A DNA stretch of 64,000 nt from Octopus vulgaris. Its lineage: Eukaryota. The position numbers and the translations under genes are program-made. Location of the stretch: the NCBI GenBank assembly GCA_951406725.2, contig OX597819.1:120094001-120158000 (forward strand). The letters run 5' to 3'. Shown here in pieces: positions 41,729-53,875 of the stretch. The notes below the pieces were generated by a model that was not told the origin of the DNA, did no database searches, and was given only the letters and a program-made list of their open reading frames with translations. The stretch's first letter is position 1. Each line of letters begins with the position of its first letter.

Positions 41729-42667
41729 ACAACAGTTCAGATTACACACCTACGTCTATTAGTTTTCCTCTATTGTAATTCTTCCTTTTTGTTCTTTCCT
41801 CATGGCATACCTGGGGATCCAAGGAAAAGCGACGTGGCTTTATTGAATTCTTGATGAAGAGGGAGTACTGTCTGTCCGGTGAAGGTTGTTGGCAGAGATG
41901 ACACAATGAACAGCATTGAAGACAGACTATGCAATCATCTGTGTCCACTGATGCGAATAGCCAGTAACTGGAAGAGCTGTTTACCTCGGACACACAGTTC
42001 AGTCTTACGCACAGCTGCAGGTTTACTGTACAACGAGACTGAGATCACAATACATTATAGAACGTGACATTAACTATCATAAAGGGTGTATCAAGTCCAT
42101 ACATCAGCAGTTAACGCACGATTTCAAGGAGAGGAGAGGAAAAATATACTCTGATCTGCTGGAGACGTTTGAAACTAAGGAAAGCATATATTTACTTCAT
42201 TTGCTGCTCATCTGGTGAGAGGGGATACAATGCAGCTGTATTTTCATGATAGGAAATGTAGACTCCATCCACAGAATTGTGTTACACATCCACTCTAAGA
42301 CATAGAGGAAACAAGAGTTAGAGACTGGTATGAAAAATCATAGCACTCTTTTAGGGTTACAAGGACGCAATTCACAAAGATATTCTAGAACAGCGAGTAT
42401 TATCTTAAGACATTCTGAAAACTTAGCAGATATATTAGAGAGAACAGAACGAACGAGTATACACACTAACTGATTAACTACAGAGTTTAGTAAAAAATAT
42501 CTCCGATTTTTATTTTCTACCTAAAGGATTATCGTATTTCTATGAAATAAAGTGTTTGAAGAACACATATATTGGATCAGTGGCATGGTGAGGCATGCAA
42601 TAAATCCAATAACTGAAACCAGTAAACATTAACAACGTGGACTACACATATACAAAGATGCATAAAT

Positions 42668-43735
42668 TTTTTATTTCCTCTAGTTTCAGCTCAGAGCTGC
42701 GGCCATGCTGATACACCGCCGTTTTGTGCTACACTGTTATTACGAAGAACCTCGTCTAACATGTGGTACTTGGTGAAGAATGGAGTTTGATATAGCTACT
42801 CTCATTTGCACCTCTTGCCGTGAGGTAGGTTCATCTGGGACTCTTGACAGGAAGATATCCAGGTTTGATTTAAAAACCGCTACATCTACTTTGTGCAAGT
42901 TCCTCAGACTCTTTGGCAGAATATTAAAAAGCTGTGGGCCCTTGAAACCCAGGCTGTTGCAGAAGCTGGTCCTGAAGCGTGAAGGCATTGCTGGGATATT
43001 TGGCACTATGCAGTGTCGTCCCGTTCTTGCATTGGTGTAGCTTACAATGCCAAAATTTGGCACAGTTCCTTCCAGGATCTTCCAGACGTATATTACTCCA
43101 TACCTCTCCCGTCTTCTCTCCAGGGAGTAGAGTCTTAGCTGTTTCAATCTTTCCCAGTAGCTGAGTTGTTGCAAAGAGACGATCTTCTTTGTGAATCTTC
43201 TCTGGATAGCCTCAAGGTCCGCTGTTAATTTTACACTCGTGGGTAACCATAGCTGTGAGCACTAATCCAGACGGCTGAGGACGACTGTCCGCCAGAGGAC
43301 CATCATGGTTTCCTTATCTCTGGTTCTGAATGTTCTTAGGATCCACCCAGCCATTCGTCTGCACTTTGTCGCCATCCTGGTAATGTGCACTTGGAAAGAG
43401 GTATCATCACTCATGTCAATACCCAGGTCCCTCACAGACTTAGGCTGTGGGATCGAAAGTCCCTGTGGACCAGTGTATCCTGTAAGTTTAATATTCAGTT
43501 TTGGAAACTGATAGCGCAGGGCCTGGAATTTTTCAGCATTAAACTGCATATTATTATCCTCAGCCCATCTGTAGATTGAGTCCAACTCCTTCTGCAGGTG
43601 TGCAACATAGCTGGGGTTCTGTATTTTCTGCGAGACTTTCGAATCGTCTGCATAACTGGCCAGAGTGGCTATCCGGGCATTTGCGGGCATATCTGAGAGG
43701 GCCACTATAAAAAGCAGTGGTACAAAGACAGTATT
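42668..43735 (-). mobile_element. 5'-truncated CR1-clade LINE (RT C-half and 3' UTR)
   Basis: TVFVPLLFIVALSDMP..YADDSK..W..NNMQFNAEKFQ..VRDLGI..LYSLERRRERY..GPQLFNILP..FKSNLD; one internal stop near 43262; stem-loop tail. Confidence 0.9.
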
Positions 43736-43902
43736 TACGACGGGATTCTTTTCAGTTTCCGTCCACCATTTCAACTCACAAGGGTTTGGCCGGCCCGAGA
43801 CTAGAGTGGTAGACAGCTGCCAAAGGTACCACGCAGTGGGACTGAATCCGAAGCCATGTGGTTCGTAAGGAAGTTACTTACCACACAGCCACTACTGCGC
43901 CT
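43736..43902 (-). mobile_element. OK-like SINE 5' half directly joined to the CR1 LINE
   Basis: Head AGGCGCAGTAGTGGCTGTGTGGTAAG through CCCGTCGTAAATA. Confidence 0.85.
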
Positions 43903-43922
43903 ATATATATAGAGAGAGAGGG

Positions 43923-43958
<36 letters not shown>

Positions 43959-44118
43959 TATATGCATACAGACATGCACACATACATACATATGTATACC
44001 TATATGCGTGTATATATAGATATGCACTTATATATATGTATGTATATGTATTATATATTGTATATCTTGTATGCATATATGTCTGCACGACTGCTACAGT
44101 TGAAGTTTGAGATCTATA

Positions 44119-44312
44119 CGAGGGAATACTGAAAAGTTTTTGACTAAAGGTAACAGGAAATACAGAAGGATGAGTTAAATATGATATTATTGAACAAGTT
44201 ATCCTCTCATGGTTACACGCTTATTGCAGCGAGCTTTACATTGTTCTAAGCCCTGCAGAGACAACACAGGAGGTTGGGCCTCCAGCCACGCCTCCCACCA
44301 AATCCTTAAAGC
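44119..44312 (-). mobile_element. Mariner transposon 3' end remnant
   Basis: TA|CGAGGGAATACTGAAAAGT TIR; minus-strand translation EAWLEAQP..GLEQCKARCNKRVTMRG*LVQ* resembles the mariner C-terminus. Confidence 0.72.
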
Positions 44313-44334
44313 CACGCACACATATATGTATTAT

Positions 44335-44530
44335 ATAGTCAATTCAAATGACAACCAATTAAAAAAGAGAAAAGAAATGAAAAATTACGAACGCAAGGAC
44401 GTGTACAAGCAATGTATTAATTTGGCGATCGGTCAAAGACAGAGTTTTTAATGTTTCGAGCATAGCTCTTCGTCGGAAAAAGGACAGTCTAAAGAGAAAG
44501 AAAGAAAAAATCGCCAACAATATAAGTTCG

Positions 44531-44531
<1 letters not shown>
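44335..44531 (-). mobile_element. PLE-type 3' fragment with decayed minimal HHR (44442-44485)
   Basis: Minus strand TTTTT-CCGACGA-A-GAGC TAT GCTC-GAAACATT-AAAAA. Confidence 0.62.
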
Positions 44532-44599
<68 letters not shown>

Positions 44600-44705
44600 C
44601 GTGTGCGTATATATACATGCATATATACATACATGTGTGTGTGTGTGTGTGCGTATACATACATGCATATATATATATATATATATACATGTATATGTAT
44701 GTATG

Positions 44706-44770
<65 letters not shown>

Positions 44771-45279
44771 GTATGTATATATATATATGTGTGTATACAT
44801 ATAAGCTTTAAGCTTATAAAAAAATACCATTATTATTATTCACAGAATTGTAAAACTCGACAAACATATATAAATATACATACATATAAGGTGTGTTGAA
44901 GACCTATATAGCAGGCAATTATCTGTTTATATATTGATCTATGATGCAATTCATTAATCGAACTATCGATATTATTTCTAGCTCATTTTTCTTCCAATAT
45001 TTTTCGTATATTTTTTTCTCCATCTTCACTACTTTCTTCTTGTGTTAATACTCTATCTCTTCCTACCTCTTTTGCACCTCTCTCATCCTGTCTACTTAGG
45101 TATTAGTTCTTCTGCCTATCCCGCGATTTATTCACCTCTTTATTAATCTACCTATTTACCTGAAACCTTTCGTCATAGCAACTACTATTCATCCTGTGTA
45201 ATTTTCATAATTTGCACACATACACATGACTTTTACGAATTTTGTATGTCAGCCGTCGCACTGTTTGTTCCATATGCAC

Positions 45280-45652
45280 CTGTGGAAAGTAGCTTGCTTA
45301 CCAACCACATGGTTCCGAGTTTGGTCCCACTGCGTGGCACCTTGGGCATATGTCTTCTAATACAGTATCGGGCCGACCACAGCCTTCTGTGTGGATGTGA
45401 TAGACGGAAACGGAACACAAACATATATATATATATATATGTTTGGGTGTCTGTGTTTGTTCCCTCAGCATCCCTTGACAGCCGATGTTGGTGTGTTTAC
45501 GTCTCCGTAATTTAGCGGTTCGGCAAAAAAGGCAGATAGAACAATTACTAGGCTTACAAATAATATGTCCTGGGGTCGATGTGTTCGACTAAAAGGCGGT
45601 ACTCCAGCATGGCCACAGTCTGATGACTGAAAGAAATAAAAGAATGAAAGAA
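45280..45652 (+). mobile_element. OK-like SINE
   Basis: Colinear with the other copies. Confidence 0.85.
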
Positions 45653-45675
45653 TATATATATATATATATATATAT

Positions 45676-46088
45676 ACTCTTTTACTCTTTTACTTGTTTC
45701 AGTCATTTGACTGTGGCCATGCTGGAGCATCGCCTTTAGTCGAACAAATCGACCCCAGGACTTATACGTTGTAAGCCTAGTACTTATTATATCGGTCACT
45801 TTTGCCAAACCGCTAAGTTACGGGGACGTAAACACACAAGCATCGGTTGTCAAGCGATGTTGGGGGGACAAGCTCAGACACTCAAACACAGACACACACA
45901 CACACACACAGACACACATGTAAATATTACATATATACGATGGACTTCTTTCAGTTTCCGTCTACCAAATCCACTCACAAGGTTTTAGTCGGCCCGTGGC
46001 TATAGTAGAAGACACTTGCACGCAGTGGGACTGAACCCGGAACCATGTGGTTCGTAAGCAAACGACTTACCCCACAGCCACTTCTACG

Positions 46089-46091
<3 letters not shown>
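45676..46091 (-). mobile_element. OK-like SINE, tail-to-tail with the previous copy
   Basis: Full-length reverse copy. Confidence 0.88.
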
Positions 46092-46175
<84 letters not shown>

Positions 46176-46249
46176 TTATAGATACAGATACATACGTATA
46201 TATATCTGCATGTGTATAGAAAGAGAGAGACAAAGAGAGAGCGACTGTG

Positions 46250-46740
46250 TAAGTGTGGGTTCGACTAAGTTTGACAGTTTGCATAAAAGGAAATAAAAAG
46301 AAAACCCCATCAAAAATTCAAATTATTTTTTAAGGATCAAAAATCTAAATCATGGCAAGGAGATACAGTTTATAAGTACCCGCCCTCTGACTTCACCTTG
46401 GCCTCATGACGACTCCGGAACCTGGCTCATGTGTTCTCTACTGTATCTGTAGAAAGATCTTCGAAAACCTCTTTGATGCTCGCTACCAGTTCGCCCTTCA
46501 TGTCACAGGCAGAGCGGTTGGTGTCTCTCTCAACAGCGCACCAAACATAGCTTATTCAAAAGTTCGTGCTGATAGATTCATCATGATACAGGTATCTCTT
46601 TTCTTGTATTTTAATGACGTTCAATCCTTGTCAGCAAATGCTTCTTCAGGCAGTACGTTAAACTTTATGTCCTCCAACGCCGTTCACTATTCACTAATAT
46701 GGAAATACAAGCAATCGTCAAATTTAGCCTGAACACTCTA
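46250..46740 (-). mobile_element. Internally deleted Tc1/mariner-superfamily (maT/DD37D-like) element
   Basis: Minus-strand translation YVWCAVERDTNRSAC..GELVASIKEVFEDL..ARFRSRHEAKVKSEGGYL*; imperfect TIRs GTTCGACTAAGTTTGAC / GTCAAATTTAGCCTGAAC. Confidence 0.7.
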
Positions 46741-46748
46741 TATATGTA

Positions 46749-46793
<45 letters not shown>

Positions 46794-46804
46794 TTCACTA
46801 AGAT

Positions 46805-46972
46805 ATTATAACGATAAATTAATATTGTGGTATAGTAAACACGTTATAATATAAGTAGCTAAAGCAATTAAAGACCGAAAATGTAGAATACATAAATAAG
46901 AGTGCAAGCAGCACCTAGAATTGCTAGAAATAAGTGCTCGAATACAATAAGAGCTCTTATTTCTAGTAATTT
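46805..46972 (-). mobile_element. Short fold-back PLE-type fragment
   Basis: AATTGCTAGAAATAAGTGCTC / GAGCTCTTATTTCTAGTAATT (46919-46971) after an approximately 115-nt tail. No HHR seen; assignment is by geometry only. Confidence 0.45.
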
Positions 46973-47017
46973 TATTTGGACACACACATACACACACATA
47001 TATATATATATATATAC

Positions 47018-47059
<42 letters not shown>

Positions 47060-47172
47060 GGAGGGAGGGAGTGTGAGTATGTTCGGATGAATTTGACGAA
47101 TATTTATGTCTTCTTTTTCAGACAAAGCTTAAAGTATTGGTGCCCAGTCAACGGCTTTGGAGACCCGTATAA

Positions 47173-47247
<75 letters not shown>

Positions 47248-47756
47248 TGTGTTTGTATATACATATCTATATGTATATATATATATATATCGTGTCAGAT
47301 GTCTGTATAAACACACACACACACGCTCACTCTCTCACACATAAACATAAACATATACACACACGCATCAATGCTTAGGTTGAATACACACATAATTACG
47401 TACAAATATACATAGAGAGACATTTGCAATCAGCTTCGTACAAAAGCTATGCACAGAGACGTAACGACCATATCTAATACTCGTGTCATTAGAAAGCGTC
47501 GAGAATTGTCAAGTTGTGGATGTTAAGTCAGTTTTATTGATAAACATGATTGGCTGTCTGCTGGCCTCTTTGTCTCACTATGAAATACTGCATTGACCTC
47601 TTCATCTAATGGCATGGGAGTCTGGCGGCCAATTAATGTGTTTACCTCTTGCTTAACTGAACATATTTTTCCAGTCAACAGATATATTCACGTTGGAATA
47701 TAAGATATTCACACTCAGAAACAATATATTTCGGCGTATACTAACTCACACGCATA

Positions 47757-47849
<93 letters not shown>

Positions 47850-47946
47850 AGGCACAAAAAGAAATTTACTCTCCCAAGACACTCACGTATACATAAACAT
47901 ACATGTATATATGTATATACATGTGAGTTCGTGCATATGTATACAC

Positions 47947-47977
<31 letters not shown>

Positions 47978-48088
47978 CATGCATACACACATACACACAC
48001 ACGCACACACAATAGACGGTGTAGGCAGAAGTAAGAGTGGGAAGAGATTCATTCCACAAATATAACAGTGTTATATATATATATATAT

Positions 48089-48750
48089 ATATTTAAATAA
48101 TGAGGGAGATAAATTAATATTAATTTTAATATCAATTTAAAACCAGTAGTCTAGCATACAAAAAATCCGAGAAGTCAGAGAAAATTCTAATATATGTGTA
48201 TATTGGCAGGGCTGGACTGCTAGGTAGTCGGCCGTATGCTAGAAACAGATCATCAACGATCAAACTACAAATGAAATTCTCTAGAGGAAAAATTCAGCGA
48301 ACACCAGAACCAAATTTGGCGGGCAGGACAGATGAAAATTTATATAAAAAAAACAGAACTAAATGCATACCTCGGTTTCGGCCTTTAACAAAAGAATTAC
48401 TTACATAATTCAAATGTCCGTGACTTCATCAGTGCATGTGAATGCAAACTGGAAAACTAACCCCAGCTTTCTGTGCCAAGACAGACACGTGCTTAGTTTT
48501 ACCGATTACATTAGGGATAAAATTTCAAATGTCTTGGTTCTGGCGCGCTAAGAAATTCCTGAAGCGAAGGGCTGCAGTAAATAATTCACTGCGGTTAGTG
48601 CTTACTACTAGAGAACGTATTTATTTCAATATTTAAATAATGAGGGAGATAAATTAATATTAATTTTAATATCAATTTAAAATTTGTAGTTTGATCGTTG
48701 ATGATCTGTTTCTAGCATACGGCCGACTACCTAGCAGTCCAGCCCTGCCA

Positions 48751-48758
<8 letters not shown>
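48089..48758 (-). mobile_element. Non-coding mini-PLE / retrozyme-like element, 540-bp unit
   Basis: 54-bp exact direct repeat 48089-48142 / 48629-48682; 76-bp exact inverted copy 48197-48272 / 48682-48757; internal HHR; (TA)n flanks; no credible ORF. Confidence 0.85.
48361..48440 (-). ncRNA. Type I hammerhead ribozyme, canonical core
   Basis: Minus strand ATGCA-CTGATGA-A-GTC..(long stem II)..GGCC-GAAAC-CGAG-GTA-TGCAT. Confidence 0.85.
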
Positions 48759-48787
<29 letters not shown>

Positions 48788-48790
<3 letters not shown>

Positions 48791-48950
48791 GCACAGGATT
48801 GGCATTGTGGTAAGTAGCTTGCTTACCACCCACATGGTTCCGGGTTCATTCCCACCGCGTGTCTTCTACTATAGCCTCGGGCCGACCAAAGCCTTGTAAG
48901 TGGATTTGTAGACGGAATCTGAAAGAAGCCTGACGTATATATGTATGTAC

Positions 48951-48982
<32 letters not shown>

Positions 48983-49240
48983 GTATCTATGTACGTGTGT
49001 GTGTATATGTTTTTGTGTCTGCGTTTGTCACCCCAACTTCGCTTGAAATTCACACTCAGAAACAATATATTTCGAGGGTGGTGTGTTTACGTCCCCATAA
49101 CCTAGCGGTTCGGCAAAAGATAGAATAAGATAGAATAAGAACTAGGCTTCCAACGAATAAGTCCTGAGGTTGATTTGCTCGACTAAAGGTGGTGCTTCAG
49201 CATGGCCATGGTCAAAATGATTGAAACACGTGAAAGAATA
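48788..49240 (+). mobile_element. OK-like SINE carrying a 27-bp templated insert
   Basis: Colinear with the family except at 49048-49074. Confidence 0.85.
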
Positions 49241-49254
49241 CATATATACATATA

Positions 49255-49410
49255 TAGTACACCCTCGCCATATCGCGGTTTATCATTTAATCTTACGTCG
49301 AATACTTCGTGGTGTTTTGCCTTTATAATAAAATAAATATGTACAAATTTTTAAAATTATAAAAATAAATATACATTACTGTTACTACTTCGCAGATTTC
49401 CACCTATCGC
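49255..49410. mobile_element. Truncated pogo/Tigger-like MITE
   Basis: TA|TAGTACACCCTCGCCATATCGCGGTT end resembles CAGTA..CCCTCG TIRs; the other end is lost in the microsatellite. Confidence 0.45.
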
Positions 49411-49972
49411 ATACATACATACATACATACATACATACATACATACATGCAGACATGCATACATACATACATACATACATACATACATACATACATACAT
49501 ACATACATACATACATACATGCAGACATACATACATACATACATACATACATACATACATGCAGACATACATACATACATACATACATACATGCAGACAT
49601 ACATGCAGACATACATACATACATACATACATGCAGACATACATACATACATACATACATACATACATACATACATACATACATACATACATACATACAT
49701 ACATACATACATACATACATACATACATACATACATACATACATACATACATGCAGACATACATACATACATACATACATACATACATACATACATACAT
49801 ACATACATACATACATACATACATACATGCAGACATACATGCAGACATACATACATACATACATACATGCAGACATACATACATACATACATACATACAT
49901 ACATACATACATACATACATACATACATACATACATACATACATACATACATACATACATACATACATACAT
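49410..49972. repeat. (CATA)n microsatellite with recurrent CATGCAGA variant units
   Basis: About 560 bp, directly visible. Confidence 0.97.
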
Positions 49973-50112
49973 AGTTTTAATCCAAACATGAACAAAAAGA
50001 AAACACAGCAACGCGAGGACGTGGAATAAGTATAGTGCTCAGGAAAGGACGCTCAGGAAAGGTAAGAAAGAAGGAGGATTTCACGTTCCGAGTGGAGCTC
50101 TTCGTCAGAAAT
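49973..50112 (-). mobile_element. PLE-type 3' fragment with decayed minimal HHR (50075-50112), in (CATA)n
   Basis: Minus strand ATTT-CTGACGA-A-GAG CTCCA CTC-GGAACGTG-AAAT; related to 44335-44531. Confidence 0.6.
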
Positions 50113-50416
50113 ACATACATACATACATACATACATACATACATACATACATACATACATACATACATACATACAGTTACACTGATTGCCACTTCTCTGA
50201 TAGAAGAGTGCCATCTCTTCATTGAACCTTACCCGATCGTATGCATGCAGCTGGAATTTCAGACCAGTTTTCATTCTGCAGGAACGTCCCTAGATATGAT
50301 ATTACCCTTTTCACCACACATATACCGTGGTGCGTGTGGAGATAGAACCATCGCACAAGCTGTTCAATTTCTCCCTGTATCAAGTGACTTAAGACTGCTG
50401 ACAAACCGAGCCCTTA

Positions 50417-51881
50417 CTTGACTGTGGCAATGATGGAGCACCGTCTCCAGTCGAACGAATCGACCCCAGGACTTATTCTTTGTAAGCCTAGTACTTATTC
50501 TATCGGTCTGTTTTGCCGAAACGCTAAGTTACGGGGACGTAACCACACTAACATCGGTTGTCAAGTGATGGTGGGGGTACAAACACAGACACACAAACAT
50601 ACACACATATATACATATATATATATATATAGATAGAGAGAGAGAGAGAGAGAGAGATAGATAGATAGATAAGTTTCTTTATTGGCCACACAGGGCTGCA
50701 CACAAATGGGACAAGTTACAAGGTAGAGCTTTTCTTTTGGGGGATGAAGAGAACAAAAAACAAAAGACAAAAAAGGGGGGTGGCGTAGGTTTTCGATCAA
50801 GAGGGAGCGTAAAAGGGAAGAAAAGAACAAAAAAAAAATTGAATAAAATAAAAGGAATAAAAAGAAAAAAAAAGAAAAGGAAAAGGAACAAAAGGAAAGA
50901 GAAATGAAAAAAGAAGAAAAAAGGGGAAGAGGAAAAAAAAGAACGATCAATAGGGATCGTGTATCACAGTGTTATGATATATGGTGTAAAGGGGAAAGCA
51001 AGTAAGGTTTATCCGTGGGAAGAAAAGCCTACGAAAAAGACCACGGTAACCTTGGTCAATATTGTTATATGTTACCACATTTGTTTGCAAGTGGGTAACC
51101 CTCTGTTTTCAATTTCTGTGTTCATAGGATCATGCTCAAGGTGGCTTCGTCATTCATACGTGCCATCCTTGCTACATTCACCCATCTTTTTTTAAAACAT
51201 TCGCTAGACAAAACTTGCCTCTCTACTCTCACTTTCCTTTTCAAGTGGTACTTGAAGAAGTTGATGAGAGAATGACCAGAGAGGAAAGTGTTTGTCTCCA
51301 ATCCTTTCAGACGCGTCCACCAGATACATTCTTTCGCCATAGCGACAAGGATGATGAAAATAGCTCTACCTTCCCGTTTGAAGGAAGGAGGCGTGACAAT
51401 ATTGACGATAGACTCAGCTGATAAACCGACTCGTCCCACACGTGACAGCAGTTGTTCGACATAAGCCCACAGGTCGGAAATTGTTGGACACTGCACGAGT
51501 GCGTGCAGAACGGTTTCGTCGCTCTGACCGCATCTCGGGCAGGTCGGCCCCGTGTTTCTCGAGCCGTGTCTGTAGAGCTTATCCCGAACGGGTAGCGCTT
51601 CTCGGTAGCACTGCCTGGCCAGGGATCTCTGGAAGTTGTCCATGGGCCCTGGCCCGAAAGTCGTCCTGAACAGGCGGGTCAGGTACTCCTCGTCGACGTC
51701 CAGGTTCGCCCCGAGCTCGTCGTCGTACCTCCCCTCCACTAATCCCCTATAGAATGCTTTGGTTGTGTTGAAGTCACTCAAGGTCGACCCGGGACGGCAG
51801 AGTTGCTTGAGAGCAACGCGACACTCGCGGTGCCAATCGCCCTTCCTTGGCCTCTTTTTGATCCACGACTGCAGTTCGGTC

Positions 51882-51946
<65 letters not shown>

Positions 51947-52152
51947 TATGCATGGGCGACTGCTGGTCTTCCATGGTCTGTCTCATGGCCGAAGGGGGTC
52001 TCAGCATATATATATATATATATATACGACGGGCATCTTTCAGTTTTCGCCTACGAAATCCACCATCAAGGCCATAGAAGACACGCAGTGGGAGTGAACC
52101 CGGAACAATGTGGCTTGTAAGCAAGCTACTTACCACACAGCCACTGCTGCGC
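50417..52152 (-). mobile_element. OK-like SINE split by a 1.2-kb LINE in its internal microsatellite
   Basis: 3' half 50417-50600, 5' half 52025-52152. Confidence 0.78.
50673..51882 (-). mobile_element. 5'-truncated Tx1/L1-clade LINE (C-terminal zf-RVT region and 3' UTR)
   Basis: Open frame about 51882-51122: ALPVRDKL..CPRCGQSDETVLHALVQCP..LW..AKECIWWTR; pyrimidine-rich 3' UTR; AATAAA at 50683-50678; (GATA)n on both sides. Confidence 0.88.
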
Positions 52153-53841
52153 TAATGAATAGCATTTGTAGTCCGCTTGGAGGTATAAAAATCTACATTT
52201 TATTGCGGCGGGATTGAAAGCAGAGAGCTGATATGAGTGGCAGAAATAGAAAACGATGGTCACGCCTGGCCGGAATACACTCGAAAATAATCGAACATAG
52301 GTGAGATCAGTAAGAACTAAATAATAATAGCGTTCAATCATTATTAATATAGGGGCAACGTTATACACACACACACAGACACTGACACACACACAGACAC
52401 TGACACACACACAGACACTGACACTGACACACACACGCTCATACACGTATTTACAGGCACACACACGCACACACAAGCACAAAGATACACACGCTTTTAC
52501 AAGGGAAGAGATTGATAGAAAATTCAAAGTTTCGGCTAAGTTTAGTTTCATCCTTCGGAAACTTAACATACATATATGGAGGAGAGTATTGGTCTGATAT
52601 TATATAGTGCAGTTTATACAAATATACGTTAACATACATATATGAATTCGTTAAGGTTTTACATACCTCTATATATTTATATATAAATATATATATGTGT
52701 GTGTGTGTGTATACATATATACATATATATATGTATATATATATATATGCACACACATATATATGTACGCTCACACGCATACGCACACACATTCACACAC
52801 ACACATACACACACACACACACACACATATATGTATATGTGAGTGTTTATATTTCTGGCTATAGTTCGATAGCGCCTAAGTGACGCAGTTATTAGGTTAT
52901 TACTCAGCAAGATTGCTCTGTGTCCATGTTTGGTTTAAAAGTATATATAAATACATACACACACAAATACACAGATATATATATACAAACACAACACCCA
53001 TATATATATTAATATATACATATGTATATATTCATATCTTTGTGTATGCGTGTGCGTGAGTGTGTGTATGCTTGCGTATATCTATATTCATATATATATA
53101 TATATATATATGATATAAATAGATATATATATAAATATATAATATGTATTTATATATGTATATAAATGTGTAGATAGGTAGGTCGGTAAGTAGGTATATA
53201 TGTGCGTATGTCTGGAAGTTTGAGAGGTACTCGTCACTACATCTTTGTATAGATGTATATGTGTATGCGTGGTTTGTGTGTATTTGGTAGCTAAGTATAT
53301 TAAAAGTCTGATAACTTAGATGGCAATATCGAACAGCTTTAATAGAATATTTGTACGTTGTGAAGACACTGATGGAGACACCAAGAAAGACATAAGCAAA
53401 AGAGAAATAAAGCATCAAAGAGAGAGAGAGAGAGGAGATAAACCAAGAGAGAAAATGAAAGAGAAACAGATAGGGAGATTGGCAGCTCAAAGACTGTCAT
53501 TTTACACAACTATTGATGGTATATTCTAATTGGTACTGGATTGCTTTGGCACCAGAAGAATTAATGATAAATTTGTTTCTCTTTTTTTATCTCTCTATTT
53601 TTTTTTCTTTCTTTAGGCAGTATCCAATTTATAGTTGAATCGAAGCCAAGCCACGTTGCAAAGACCAAGTATTCATGTTTTCAAAAAGGTGTGTTCTATT
53701 ACGCATAGAGGATTTCAAACAGATTCCACCATTTTCAAATAGACACAAAATGTTCGTCGGGATTATCAATATAGGCAGGTTTCGAGTCCGTCACTCTTTC
53801 TCTGTCACGGTCTCTCTATCTTTCATTCTCTCTCAATTCCC

Positions 53842-53875
<34 letters not shown>

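Noticed and set aside
41800-42030. Possible second decayed CR1 3' end on minus
   Set aside because: Only a weak RGKQLFQLL similarity; too degenerate to call.
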